Of a DNA stretch of 64,000 bases, positions 39,185 to 49,165 are shown one piece after another. Position 1 is the first letter of the stretch; the number at the start of each line of letters is the position of its first letter. The stretch is from Clostridia bacterium (GTDB taxonomy: Bacteria > Bacillota > Clostridia > UBA1381 > UMGS1253): positions 735 through 64,734 of the forward strand of contig JAZNLB010000024.1 of NCBI GenBank assembly GCA_045578865.1, written 5' to 3'. The notes beneath the pieces were generated by a model. It did no database searches, was not told the DNA's origin, and was given only the letters and a program-made list of their open reading frames with translations. A program made the position numbers and the translations under genes.

Positions 39185-39871
39185 ATGGCAAATACCAAAA
39201 TTTTAATTGTAGACGACGATGTCAACATTTGCGAACTGTTACGCATATGCTTAGAAAAAGAGGGCTATGCTACTGTGATTGCAAACGACGGTTTGAGCGC
39301 CATCTCCACTTTCAAAGAAGAAACACCCGATCTGGTACTTTTAGATATCATGATGCCGAAAGTTGACGGCTGGCAGGTGTGCCGAGAAATTCGAAGAGTC
39401 AGCAATATCCCGATTATTATGCTGACCGCCAAAAGCGAAACCTTTGACAAGGTACTCGGCTTGGAACTCGGCGCAGACGACTATATGGTCAAACCTGTGG
39501 AAAGCAAAGAACTGATAGCACGCATCAAAGCGGTTCTTCGCCGTTATGAAACCAACACGACACATGTTGACAAAGAAATTGTATACAATAATCTGACCGT
39601 AAACATTTCCAACTACGAGTTAATCATTGAAGGAAAACAGGTCAACATACCGCCGAAGGAGTTGGAACTTTTGTATTTTTTATGTTCCAATCCCAACCGC
39701 GTGTTTACCCGCGAACAACTTTTAGAAGAAGTGTGGGGCTTTGAATATTACGGCGATTCCAGAACGGTAGATGTGCACATTAAGCGTCTTCGCGAAAAAT
39801 TGGAAGGTCACGAAAAAAACTGGATGCTCAAAACCGTATACCGTGTCGGCTACAAATTCGAGGTGAAATAA
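39185..39871 (+). CDS. OmpR/PhoB-family response regulator
   Basis: KILIVDDD...DLVLLDIMMPKVDG...MLTAK receiver domain, plus a winged-helix domain (LTVNISNYELIIEGKQVNIPPKELELLYFL...RTVDVHIKRLREKL). ATG at 39185 after AGGAGGTG. Confidence 0.92.
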   Translation: MANTKILIVDDDVNICELLRICLEKEGYATVIANDGLSAISTFKEETPDLVLLDIMMPKVDGWQVCREIRRVSNIPIIMLTAKSETFDKVLGLELGADDYMVKPVESKELIARIKAVLRRYETNTTHVDKEIVYNNLTVNISNYELIIEGKQVNIPPKELELLYFLCSNPNRVFTREQLLEEVWGFEYYGDSRTVDVHIKRLREKLEGHEKNWMLKTVYRVGYKFEVK

Positions 39872-39874
39872 ACT

Positions 39875-41326
39875 GTGCGAAAAACCATTTTCCGCAAAAT
39901 GATGTGGTCTACCCTGCTGATTATGTTCATCATTCTTGTGCTTCTTGGTACAATTATGTTTACACTGTTTGGCACTTACGCGATCAACGATAAAACAAAA
40001 ACTTTGCAAGGCATCGCTGAAAATATAGCGAATTATACTACCTTTTGGCGTATGCAAAACAGTCAGGTGAACAGCAAAGATATCTATGATACTACGCTTT
40101 CCGCGCTCAGCGAGATTACCAACACAGATATCGTAGTCGTAAATACAAATGGACAAATCTTTGCAAGCAACTTACAAGCAAGCCGCTTCCCGCCAAAAAT
40201 TTCAGAAAACTATTTAACACAGGCCCTTTCCGGTGTCCCAGCGCGTTTTACAGGTGATTTTGACGGTGTTTTCACTGAAAAAGTATTAACCGTTGCTTTG
40301 CCGATTTACCTACACGAACGCGTTATCGGAGTTGTATTTACACACGCTTCCATGCCGGGCCTGCAAGCAAACCGCATGATGCTTTTTAATATGTTTATCA
40401 TCATCAGCATATTTGTGTTCTGTATTGCTTTTATGGTTATGTATATTCTTTCTCAAAAGATGACAAAATCTATAAAGGATATCTCCAAAGCGGCACAATC
40501 GCTCGCCTCTGGAAACTACGATACACGCGCACAGATTACGGGCGATGACGAAATTGCAGCGCTCGGACGCACATTTAACTATATGGCGGATTCTTTGCAA
40601 AAGCTCGATGATACACAAACAGCTTTTATCGCCAATGTGTCACACGAATTACGCACACCAATGACCACCATCGCCGGTTTTACGGAAAACATCTTAAACG
40701 GAACCATACCACCGGAGCAACACAAAAAATATCTCCAAATCGTACTTGACGAATCCAATCGTCTTTCCCGTATGGTAACCAATATGCTCGACATTTCTAA
40801 GATGAGTTTGGGCCAATATTCCATTGTCAAATCGCCGTTTAATCTGACGGAGATGCTGCGTTTGATTATCATACAGTACGAATCCGCTATCGAAGAAAAA
40901 CATCTCGATGTTTCCGTTGAATTTTCGGAAGATTATATCATTGTAGAAGCCGACCGTGATGCTATCACCCGCGTAATTACAAACATCATCGACAATGCAA
41001 TCAAATTTTCAGACCCGGGTGGCAGATTGGACATCAGCGCCATCACCCGCGACGGCAAAGCCTATGTTGCAATTGCAAATGAAGGCGAAGGCATTGACCA
41101 AGAGGATATCGGCCATGTGTTTGACCGTTTCTATAAAACGGACAAATCCAGAAACGACAAAAAAGGCACTGGTCTCGGTTTATATCTCGTGCACAATCTT
41201 TTAACATTGCACGGAGAAACTATTGCTGTAAAAAGTGTAGATTTAAAGGATGAGGATTTTGACGGATGCGAAAATCATCCGGCAAGACGAACGACATTTG
41301 TCTTCTCCCTCACCCTCGGCAAATAG
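39875..41326 (+). CDS. Sensor histidine kinase (two TM segments, HAMP, HisKA, HATPase_c)
   Basis: H-box FIANVSHELRTPMTTI, N-box DNAIKFS, G-boxes GEGI...GTGLGLYLV. GTG start 4 nt after the regulator stop. Confidence 0.9.
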   Translation: MRKTIFRKMMWSTLLIMFIILVLLGTIMFTLFGTYAINDKTKTLQGIAENIANYTTFWRMQNSQVNSKDIYDTTLSALSEITNTDIVVVNTNGQIFASNLQASRFPPKISENYLTQALSGVPARFTGDFDGVFTEKVLTVALPIYLHERVIGVVFTHASMPGLQANRMMLFNMFIIISIFVFCIAFMVMYILSQKMTKSIKDISKAAQSLASGNYDTRAQITGDDEIAALGRTFNYMADSLQKLDDTQTAFIANVSHELRTPMTTIAGFTENILNGTIPPEQHKKYLQIVLDESNRLSRMVTNMLDISKMSLGQYSIVKSPFNLTEMLRLIIIQYESAIEEKHLDVSVEFSEDYIIVEADRDAITRVITNIIDNAIKFSDPGGRLDISAITRDGKAYVAIANEGEGIDQEDIGHVFDRFYKTDKSRNDKKGTGLGLYLVHNLLTLHGETIAVKSVDLKDEDFDGCENHPARRTTFVFSLTLGK

Positions 41327-41346
41327 AGAATATATGAGGTGAAATT

Positions 41347-42699
41347 ATGGACGAAAACAGAACAAACGGATTTTTCGAAAATGAAAACAACGACACGCCC
41401 GAGCAAGTTGAAGCAATTTTAATCGGCAAAGAGGATGAAATTGCAAAACAGATTTCAGACGAAAACGCAAGCGAAGTTGTTATCGAAGACGAAAATGCAC
41501 AAAAATATTACTTATACGACGATAATTTTCCGCATAAAACGCAAAAGCCGAAGCGAGAAAAAAAACAACTGCCCGCACTCTTGCTGACTGCGCTTTTGGC
41601 GAGCGTATTCACTGCGGCAATATGCTTTGCACTTTTCTTTTATGCCGGTCCGCGAAGCGACTCCACCATCATTTACCGCGACGGCAACGACTTGCGCTCA
41701 AAAATTGATCTGATGCAGTCGCTCGGTTTAAAGGATGCAGAAGACGGCAAACCGCTATCCGTGACCGCGGTAGAAAGTCGCGTCGGCCCTACCGTTGTCG
41801 GCATCGCCGCAAATGGTACCGCTACCGCCGAAAGTTTCTTCGGTTTGATTGAACAGCCGTTTTCCAGCAGCGGCACGGGCTTTATTATCAGCACGGATGG
41901 CTACATTGTTACAAACAATCATGTAATTGAGAACGCAAAAGAAATCATTGTTACCTTAAACAATGACCAGGAATATCCGGCAACCGTAATCGGTGCCGAC
42001 GCAAAGACGGATTTAGCCGTGTTGAAAATCAATGCCACCAACCTGACACCGGCGGTACTCGGCAATTCAAGCGCCGTGCAAGTCGGCGAAGTTGCAATTG
42101 CCATCGGTAACCCTCTCGGTCAAACTCTGTCCGGTACCGTAACAGCAGGCATCATCAGCGCCACCAACCGAAAAGTGACGGTGGACGGAAACGAATACAC
42201 CCTCCTGCAAACCGATGCCGCCATCAACAGCGGTAATTCCGGAGGTCCGCTTGCAAACGCTTATGGCGAGATTATCGGCATAAACAATGCCAAAATCGCC
42301 GCAAGTGGCGTGGAAGGTCTCGGCTTTGCCATTCCGTCAGATATTGCCAAACCGGTAATTGAAGATTTGATTGCCGTTGGTTATGTGCGCGGCAGACCGC
42401 TCATCGGCATCAACGGCCGCAACATCACTGAAGAAATCAGTAAGTATTACAATTTGCCGATTGGTATATATGTCATTTCTGTTGTTGAATTTTCAGCAGC
42501 CGAAAACGCCGGATTGCAAATCGGAGATGTCATCACACACTGCAACGGAAAAAAGGTCGCAACCGTTGAAGAACTCAACGAAATCCGCGATACACACGCT
42601 TCGGGCGATGTGCTGACGCTCACCGTTACACGCAAGGGTACCCAATTAAAACTGCCGCTTACTCTCGGTGAGGACAGACCTTCTGTTTCCCTGAATTAA
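41347..42699 (+). CDS. S1C (HtrA/DegP-like) serine protease with a membrane anchor and a PDZ domain
   Basis: TM anchor, catalytic TNNHV, D in TDLAVLK, GNSGGPL, and a C-terminal PDZ (GLQIGDVITHCNGKKV). Confidence 0.9.
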   Translation: MDENRTNGFFENENNDTPEQVEAILIGKEDEIAKQISDENASEVVIEDENAQKYYLYDDNFPHKTQKPKREKKQLPALLLTALLASVFTAAICFALFFYAGPRSDSTIIYRDGNDLRSKIDLMQSLGLKDAEDGKPLSVTAVESRVGPTVVGIAANGTATAESFFGLIEQPFSSSGTGFIISTDGYIVTNNHVIENAKEIIVTLNNDQEYPATVIGADAKTDLAVLKINATNLTPAVLGNSSAVQVGEVAIAIGNPLGQTLSGTVTAGIISATNRKVTVDGNEYTLLQTDAAINSGNSGGPLANAYGEIIGINNAKIAASGVEGLGFAIPSDIAKPVIEDLIAVGYVRGRPLIGINGRNITEEISKYYNLPIGIYVISVVEFSAAENAGLQIGDVITHCNGKKVATVEELNEIRDTHASGDVLTLTVTRKGTQLKLPLTLGEDRPSVSLN

Positions 42700-42783
42700 A
42701 CCCTATAAATCCATAGCGTTCCGCTATAAATTTTCAGGTTGTTTTCTCCGATTATTTTCTTTGTTTTTACTTTTTATCCATAC

Positions 42784-42813
42784 AAAAAAAGGTGTCCATA
42801 GGACACCTTTTTT
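42784..42813. terminator. Bidirectional rho-independent terminator (proS and the htrA operon)
   Basis: AAAAAAA-GGTGTCC-ATA-GGACACC-TTTTTT. Confidence 0.85.
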
Positions 42814-42819
42814 AAATTC

Positions 42820-44538
42820 TTATACTTCCAACTGTGCATAAAGTTGTGCAACAACCTTATCTACTTCATCATATACCATATCTTTCGGGACGCTGATTTT
42901 CACGCACTTGTCACGAGTTGCGATTTCAATTTCGCCTTTTTCCAGACCTCGCTTACCGATAACCACACGCACCGGAACGCCTAACAAGTCCGCATCAGCA
43001 AACTGTGCGCCTGCCTGTACATTTCTGTCTTCTAAGATACAATCATACTTTTTGGAAAGGTTTGCATATACTTCTTCTGCAACACTTCTGATTTCTTCCG
43101 CCTGATTATTAAGGCAACATACATGTACCTGCCACGGTGCAACCGTAATCGGCCAAATTGGACCATAATCATCGTGGTTATCTTCAATAACGGAAGCGAG
43201 CATTCTGCCGACACCGATGCCGTAACAACCCATAATCGGGGTCTTTCTTTCACCATCCGCATCAATGTATTCCATGCCCATGGACTTAGAATACTTGGTG
43301 CCCAGCTGGAAGATATTACCGATTTCAATGCCTCGCTTTAAGCTCGTGCGCTTACCGCACTTCGGGCAAATTGCACCGTCGAGCACTTTTGCAACATCAA
43401 AATACTCTGCATTCGGCACATCACGGTCCATGCTGACACCCGTAATATGATGGTCAACCTCGTTTGCACCACAGGTCAGATTCTTTTCGCCACGCAAGGA
43501 TTCGTCTATGATGACTCTGCACTCGCTGTTTAAGTTCACTGGACCGATAAAGCCGAAGGTAATATCGGTTTTATCGTACATGGTGTACGGATACACATTG
43601 GATTTTAAAATCTTTTTAAGTTTTGCCTCATTGACTTCCATATCACCGCGTACAAACACAACAACCGGAATGTCATCATAATCGGTGGAAAATACGGTTG
43701 CCTTTATGGTGTCGATTTCTTCGATACCAAGGAATGCACAAAGTGATGCGATGTCCTTTGTGTCCGGCGTATGTACTTTCTTCATTTGCGCATCTTCTTG
43801 ATTTCTCGCATGCTCATGGATGCACTTGGCAACTTCCATGTTGGAGCTGTAATCACAGCTGTCACAAATCACAAGTGTATCTTCGCCAAACTCGTTAATG
43901 AGCATAAACTCGTGTGCAACCGCACCGCCCATCATGCCCGTATCAGAAAATACGGAAATAAAATTCTTTAAGCCTGCGCGCTTGTAAATACGGTCGTACG
44001 CTTCGTGGCAGCGCATATAATACTTTTCCAAATCCTCCTGCGATGTGTGGAAAGAGTACGCATCCTTCATCGTAAACTCACGCACACGAATCAGTCCGCC
44101 ACGGCTTCTCGGTTCATCACGAAACTTCGTCTGAATCTGATAGAGCATGAACGGATACTTTGTATACGAAAGCGCTTCACGGCGCGCAAGATGCACAACG
44201 GCTTCCTCGTGCGTCATACCCAAGAGCATGTCTTGCCCCTGACGGTCACGAAAACGCAAAAGTTCGCTGCCAACACTATCCCATCTGCCGGATTCCCTCC
44301 AAAGTTCCGCGGGCATTACTACAGGCATCATAACTTCCTGTCCGTCAATTCGATTCATTTCCTCACGCATGATATTTTCAATCTTGCTGGTTATCTTCTT
44401 TGCAGGCGGCAAAAGAGAATAAATACCGTTTGCAACCTGACGCATATAGCCACCGCGCAAAAGGTAAATATGGCTGACCATAGTAGCGTCTGCCGGTTTT
44501 TCTTTAAATCTGTCGCCCACCAATTTGCTCATTAACAT
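42820..44538 (-). CDS. proS: Proline--tRNA ligase (bacterial type with INS editing domain)
   Basis: 572 aa. ...SHIYLLRGGYMRQVANGIYSLLP..., FRDEPRSRGGLIRVREFTMKDAYSF, a central editing insertion and a C-terminal anticodon-binding domain. Confidence 0.93.
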   Translation of the reverse strand: MLMSKLVGDRFKEKPADATMVSHIYLLRGGYMRQVANGIYSLLPPAKKITSKIENIMREEMNRIDGQEVMMPVVMPAELWRESGRWDSVGSELLRFRDRQGQDMLLGMTHEEAVVHLARREALSYTKYPFMLYQIQTKFRDEPRSRGGLIRVREFTMKDAYSFHTSQEDLEKYYMRCHEAYDRIYKRAGLKNFISVFSDTGMMGGAVAHEFMLINEFGEDTLVICDSCDYSSNMEVAKCIHEHARNQEDAQMKKVHTPDTKDIASLCAFLGIEEIDTIKATVFSTDYDDIPVVVFVRGDMEVNEAKLKKILKSNVYPYTMYDKTDITFGFIGPVNLNSECRVIIDESLRGEKNLTCGANEVDHHITGVSMDRDVPNAEYFDVAKVLDGAICPKCGKRTSLKRGIEIGNIFQLGTKYSKSMGMEYIDADGERKTPIMGCYGIGVGRMLASVIEDNHDDYGPIWPITVAPWQVHVCCLNNQAEEIRSVAEEVYANLSKKYDCILEDRNVQAGAQFADADLLGVPVRVVIGKRGLEKGEIEIATRDKCVKISVPKDMVYDEVDKVVAQLYAQLEV

Positions 44539-44582
44539 AGTATATTACTTCCTTTCAAACGGCAAAATGCCAATACTAAGTC

Positions 44583-44611
44583 ATTATAGCACCCAAGCAC
44601 ATTGATGTCAA
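44583..44611 (-). promoter_or_regulatory. Consensus sigma-A promoter of proS (no T-box leader)
   Basis: On the minus strand, TTGACA (44611-44606), 17-nt spacer, TATAAT (44588-44583). The leader is about 40 nt. Confidence 0.8.
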
Positions 44612-44696
44612 TAAAAAAGGGTGCTCCCTGTCACTTTATTTTGTGAAATACTCTGCTCCGGTAATCCTCTCGTGGAAGAAGGCTTTTAAACTCATC

Positions 44697-45197
44697 TTAT
44701 TTCTTCGTAGTAGAACCAAAACCGCCATTTCGTACGCCTTGTGCATCGTCATCTTCCGTGATGCCGTACTCTAAGAAAATGCCTTGTGCAAAGCCTTCAC
44801 CCTGCTTTACACAAACACTTTTTCCTTCTCTGGAATCATTGGTCAGTTTGATAAATATATGACCTTCGTTATCGGAATAGAAATAGTCACTGTCAATGAT
44901 GCCGACGGTATTATCCAGCTGCAGGCGGAATTTAAAACCCAGTCCGCTTCTCGGATAAATTTTAAGGACCCAGCCCTCGTCGATACGCACACGAATCCCT
45001 GTTGGAATTTTCATACTTTCACCCGGAGCCAATTCAAAATCCTCAGGCGCAAAAAAATCATACCCCGCCGAGCCGGAGGTTGCACGCTTCGGCAACTCGA
45101 TTTGCTCAAGAACCTTGCCTGCATACTGCGTACTCACATCCATATCCTTTGCAAACTGTTTCAAAGACACTTTTTCAAATTTTGCTATTCTTTTCAT
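44697..45197 (-). CDS. dut: dUTP diphosphatase (trimeric dUTPase family)
   Basis: ATSGSAGYDFFAP..., PRSGLGFK, GIIDSDY, and a C-terminal RNGGFGSTTK motif. Confidence 0.85.
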   Translation of the reverse strand: MKRIAKFEKVSLKQFAKDMDVSTQYAGKVLEQIELPKRATSGSAGYDFFAPEDFELAPGESMKIPTGIRVRIDEGWVLKIYPRSGLGFKFRLQLDNTVGIIDSDYFYSDNEGHIFIKLTNDSREGKSVCVKQGEGFAQGIFLEYGITEDDDAQGVRNGGFGSTTKK

Positions 45198-45214
45198 TTT
45201 CCTTACCCCTTCAT

Positions 45215-45703
45215 CTAAAAGTGCAATACAATTTCTCCCGTTTTCAAAGTCTGCTTTACATCAATGACCCGCTGATTGCTGCTGCCTACCCAGTGCAGTT
45301 TCACATCTTTTAACTCGGCAACAAATTCTCCGTCCGCAACCACATCTAAAAGCGCCACAAAATCCAGGTCACAGATTTCCTCCCACAAAAATCCGGTATA
45401 CAACCATATCGTTTTGCGTGGAAATCGACTGCGGATTTCACGCACCAAATCACCGATGGGTGCTCTGTTTTGCGGATGCAGCGGATCACCGCCCGTCAAT
45501 GTAACACCGGAAATATAGGGTTTGGCAAGAATGTCGAACAGTTCCTGCTTTGCCGCCTCATCAAACTCAACGCCGCCACAGATATCCCAAGTAATCGGAT
45601 TGTGACACTCTTTGCAGGCATGCGTGCAACCTGCCACCCATAAACAAACGCGCAACCCATCACCGTTGAGCATATCATCTTTTGTTATATTATGGTAACG
45701 CAT
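45215..45703 (-). CDS. nrdG: Anaerobic ribonucleoside-triphosphate reductase activating protein (radical SAM)
   Basis: NGDGLRVCLWVAGCTHACKECHNP (the CxxxCxxC variant typical of NrdG). 162 aa. Its start overlaps the nrdD stop. Confidence 0.9.
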   Translation of the reverse strand: MRYHNITKDDMLNGDGLRVCLWVAGCTHACKECHNPITWDICGGVEFDEAAKQELFDILAKPYISGVTLTGGDPLHPQNRAPIGDLVREIRSRFPRKTIWLYTGFLWEEICDLDFVALLDVVADGEFVAELKDVKLHWVGSSNQRVIDVKQTLKTGEIVLHF

Positions 45704-47823
45704 TACATACTTCTCCTATCCTTAATCTCAGCCATTTTCGCGTCGTTTAATCGGCTCTCGCCCTTCACGCGCGAATAAGAAAGATAACCGTTCATTCTAT
45801 CAATCTTCGTTAAATTGCTGCTGCCGCACTTTGGGCAAACATCCATTTCCAGTTCCTGATGTCCGCACTCGTCACAGTAAGCCAGCGACAAATTCACGCC
45901 CTCATAAAAGCCCATATCCATCGCACGGCGCACCAGCGTTTTTACCGCTTCTACATTATAATCAATCGGATATTTCACATACTGAATTTTGCCGCCATTT
46001 AACAAATCCCAGAACCGCTTTTCCAAATCCTGCTTTTCAATCGGCGTTATATCCTCCGACACATGACAATGAAAACTGTTGGATACATACGGATGGTCGG
46101 AAACATTTTCGATGATGCCGTATTTTTTGCGGAACTGCTCTATCTGCAAACCGCAAAGACTCTCTGCCGGCGTGCCGTAGAGCGCATACAAATTCCCGTC
46201 TTCTTCCTTAAATTCATTGACGCGTTTGTTAATGTATTCCATGACCTCAATGGCAAAGTTGCCGTCCTCCACAAGCGAATGTTTGTTGTGAAGTTGCTGA
46301 AGTTCATTAAGCGCCGTGATGCCAAACGATGCCGTAGCACTCTTTAAAAGCGGCTTAATCTTGTCGTGAATACCCAGTTTGCCGCCGTAAAAACCGCCTT
46401 CGCAATATGCAAGCGGATTGGTGGATGCACGCATCTCCCCTAAATAGTCGTATGTGCGGATATGTACTTGACGAATCAAGCCAAGATAATAGTCAAGCAC
46501 CTCGTAAAAATCCTTACTTTCCTTTTGCGCCTTGGCGTAAATCATCGGCAAATGCAAACTCACGGCACCAATATTAAATCTGCCGACGAAAACCGGCGCA
46601 TCCTCTTCGTCTGCAGGTTTCATACCGCCCCGTTCATACCACGGCGACAAAAAGGCGCGACACCCCATCGGAGAAATCACCTTGCCATATTTTTTGTATA
46701 TACTTGCCACATATCCCTCGCCCGTAAGTGACAGCCAGTCAGGGTACATACTCTTTTGCGAACATGCAATACCCGCTTCAAAAACATCTTCAAGTTCGCC
46801 ATCCGGTCCGTGCAATTTTTCATCATATAAAAATACGATTTTCGGGAATAGCACCGGTTTTTTACACCACTTTTTGCCCTGTCCTTTACGACGCACTTCC
46901 AACATCAGCTTGGTTGCCATCTTGGAAAAACGCTCTTTGCCCAAGCCTGCCGTCATTGTAATAAACGGATAGTCGCCGCGGCTGGACGCTACTGTGTTAA
47001 ACTTATATTCCCAACCCTGAAAACCCTGCATAAAGTCGTTTACAATATCCTTTTCCGCTTCTGCATTTGCTCTTTGCTCATCCAAGCCGAGTTGGATGTA
47101 TCTATCGTAAAATTTCTTGTAGGACTTTTCGGCATACGGCGCCAAAATCTTGTCCACCTCCGGCACCGTAAAACCGCCGTACTGCTGGCTTGCCGCAGAA
47201 AGCACAATATCACCGATTACATCAAACGCCACATCGAGCGTTTTCGGTTCATTATACCAGAGGTTACCCATCTCAAAACCGCCGGAAAGCACATTTTGCA
47301 CATCAAATAAACAGCAGTTCATCGTATCACGGCGCGCAGACATATCGTGTACATAAATATACCCTTCACGGCAAGCCTGCAACTCCTCCACCGTCATAAA
47401 AAACTTCTGGTACAAAGATTTATTTAACTGGTTAAAAATCAAAGAACGCTTTGTAGACACCAAGGCAGAATCCGAATTGGAATTTTCCTTGTCGCCAATA
47501 TACATAATCGCCTGACTCTTTCTATATACCTCATCAAGCATATGTACAAAATCCTGCTTGTAATTTCTGTAATCACGGTAACTTTTCGCCACAATCGGAT
47601 TGACAAGATCGAGCGCACCCTCCACAATATTGTGCATTTCGGAAATGTGAATCTCCGTCTTGCCGAGATTTTGCACACGACCATCCACAAATACACAGAT
47701 TTTTCGCAAATCCTCCTCCGAAAAGGTCACCAGCGCACGAAAAGCAGATTTTTGCACCGCGGCAACGACTTTCTCTACATTATATTCTTCGGCAGTCCCA
47801 TCTTTTTTTATAATCATAATCAT
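45703..47823 (-). CDS. nrdD: Anaerobic ribonucleoside-triphosphate reductase (class III)
   Basis: N-terminal ATP-cone, C-terminal Zn site CDECGH...CPKCGS, and a glycyl-radical region IDRMNGYLS. 706 aa. Confidence 0.93.
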   Translation of the reverse strand: MIMIIKKDGTAEEYNVEKVVAAVQKSAFRALVTFSEEDLRKICVFVDGRVQNLGKTEIHISEMHNIVEGALDLVNPIVAKSYRDYRNYKQDFVHMLDEVYRKSQAIMYIGDKENSNSDSALVSTKRSLIFNQLNKSLYQKFFMTVEELQACREGYIYVHDMSARRDTMNCCLFDVQNVLSGGFEMGNLWYNEPKTLDVAFDVIGDIVLSAASQQYGGFTVPEVDKILAPYAEKSYKKFYDRYIQLGLDEQRANAEAEKDIVNDFMQGFQGWEYKFNTVASSRGDYPFITMTAGLGKERFSKMATKLMLEVRRKGQGKKWCKKPVLFPKIVFLYDEKLHGPDGELEDVFEAGIACSQKSMYPDWLSLTGEGYVASIYKKYGKVISPMGCRAFLSPWYERGGMKPADEEDAPVFVGRFNIGAVSLHLPMIYAKAQKESKDFYEVLDYYLGLIRQVHIRTYDYLGEMRASTNPLAYCEGGFYGGKLGIHDKIKPLLKSATASFGITALNELQQLHNKHSLVEDGNFAIEVMEYINKRVNEFKEEDGNLYALYGTPAESLCGLQIEQFRKKYGIIENVSDHPYVSNSFHCHVSEDITPIEKQDLEKRFWDLLNGGKIQYVKYPIDYNVEAVKTLVRRAMDMGFYEGVNLSLAYCDECGHQELEMDVCPKCGSSNLTKIDRMNGYLSYSRVKGESRLNDAKMAEIKDRRSM

Positions 47824-47896
47824 AGCTTTTTCTCCTTAGTTTCCCCTGCTACATGTACGAACCCGTCATATTTACAAGTAAAATATCACATAATAT

Positions 47897-47925
47897 ATTA
47901 TACTTTACAAAAGCAAAAATAGCAA
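47897..47925 (-). promoter_or_regulatory. Sigma-A promoter of nrdDG-dut
   Basis: On the minus strand, TTGCTA (47925-47920), 17-nt spacer, TATAAT (47902-47897). About 70 nt of leader with an AAGGAG RBS. Confidence 0.65.
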
Positions 47926-48266
47926 GAAAAAGAGCTGTTGTTTTTTTACCAAATCTTGAAAGTTTTTTTGTGCATTCTGTCACTTTTCTTTTGGATATCT
48001 CCACTTTAAACAACCAGATATAGTGGCTGATTTATTTTAGACACAAGGCTTTTTACAAGACATTTTTTAATGTGATAATTTTCTGGCAAATTTAACAAAT
48101 AAAAAATTTTTTCTTGTATATTTTGCCCATAGACAGAATATTTTCATTATAGTAGAATAAAAAAGCACTCAAATTTTTGAGCTATATTCCATTCTCGCGA
48201 ATTCGACATTTGCGACTCGGAATTGTGTGGATTGCCATCGCCTTTCAGTGCAGCAATCCCAAAAAA

Positions 48267-48303
48267 GAAGCAGGTATATGTTTATTCATATACCTGCTTC
48301 TTT
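48267..48303. terminator. Bidirectional rho-independent terminator after degV
   Basis: GAAGCAGGTATATG-TTTATT-CATATACCTGCTTC (48267-48300), flanked by AAAAAA and TTTTT. Confidence 0.9.
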
Positions 48304-49146
48304 TTATGTTCTGTTTTTTTCAAATCCAACCAAAAGACCGCCGTTCTCCGCATAAAAACTACACAGCCCGCGGCAGCGATAGATTTGCACATCCGTTTGC
48401 GGAAATTCATTTTGTATTTTTTGCCGTAAGCTTTCCGCAGCTTTTATATTATCGCAATGTGCTATGCGTACCTTCCCCGCGCGAAGCCCTGCATCGCAAA
48501 GTTTTGTATATAAATCTTCAATCGCTCGTTTTTCTCCGCGGCATTTCGAAAGCGGCTCCAATTCACCCTGCACACTTGCTCGGCCTACCAGATGTATTCC
48601 CATCAATCCGGCGAGTTTGGCGACTACCGGCGAAACTCTGCCGTTGTTGGCAAGATTCTTCATGGATTTGAGGATAAAGAACAGTCCGGTATTTTTTACT
48701 GCATCCGCAAGAGATTGGCAAATCTGCTCATAACTCATTTCGGCTTGTATCCACGCGTCTAATTGTTCGATAATCAGCTTCATTTCCGGTCCTGCACTGC
48801 GAGTATCCAATACAAAAACACGCCTGTTTGGATGTTCTGCCTCATATGTCTGCTTGGCAATACATGCAGAATTGTAGCTTCCAGAAAGCCTGCTGGTTAT
48901 TGTAATACAAAACACTTCGTCTGCATCGCCGAACGCTTCAAGCCAATCCGACACATTTGGACACGAGGTCCTGCTCTTTCCTTTATAAGCATCAAAATAT
49001 TCCGTCATTTCCTCAACATTAAGCGAAGCATCATCTGTAAATTCCATTTCATCGGAGAGTATTTTCATCGGCACGCTCAAAAAATTCGTTTGTATATTCT
49101 CCAATACATCACTAGATGAATCGGCTATAATCTTAATATTTCTCAT
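48304..49146 (-). CDS. DegV family fatty-acid-binding protein
   Basis: MRNIKIIADSSSDV...TSCPN...ITITSRLSGSYNSA... matches the DegV/DUF194 pattern. 280 aa. Confidence 0.85.
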   Translation of the reverse strand: MRNIKIIADSSSDVLENIQTNFLSVPMKILSDEMEFTDDASLNVEEMTEYFDAYKGKSRTSCPNVSDWLEAFGDADEVFCITITSRLSGSYNSACIAKQTYEAEHPNRRVFVLDTRSAGPEMKLIIEQLDAWIQAEMSYEQICQSLADAVKNTGLFFILKSMKNLANNGRVSPVVAKLAGLMGIHLVGRASVQGELEPLSKCRGEKRAIEDLYTKLCDAGLRAGKVRIAHCDNIKAAESLRQKIQNEFPQTDVQIYRCRGLCSFYAENGGLLVGFEKNRT

Positions 49147-49165
49147 ATAAATCCCTCCGTTATTA

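Noticed and set aside
44539-44611. T-box leaders expected upstream of proS (and upstream of thrS at 18569-18634)
   Set aside because: Consensus promoters lie only 35-45 nt from the start codons, and no T-box sequence (GGGTGGTACC) is present.
47883-48028. NrdR boxes upstream of nrdD
   Set aside because: One 16-mer at 48013-48028 matches 11 of 16 positions, but it is about 115 bp from the -10 box and has no partner box at the usual ~31-bp phasing. ATATCACATAATAT at 47883-47896 is not a true palindrome.
48177-48671. 164-aa plus-strand ORF
   Set aside because: It starts in the intergenic spacer, crosses the degV terminator and continues antisense to degV.
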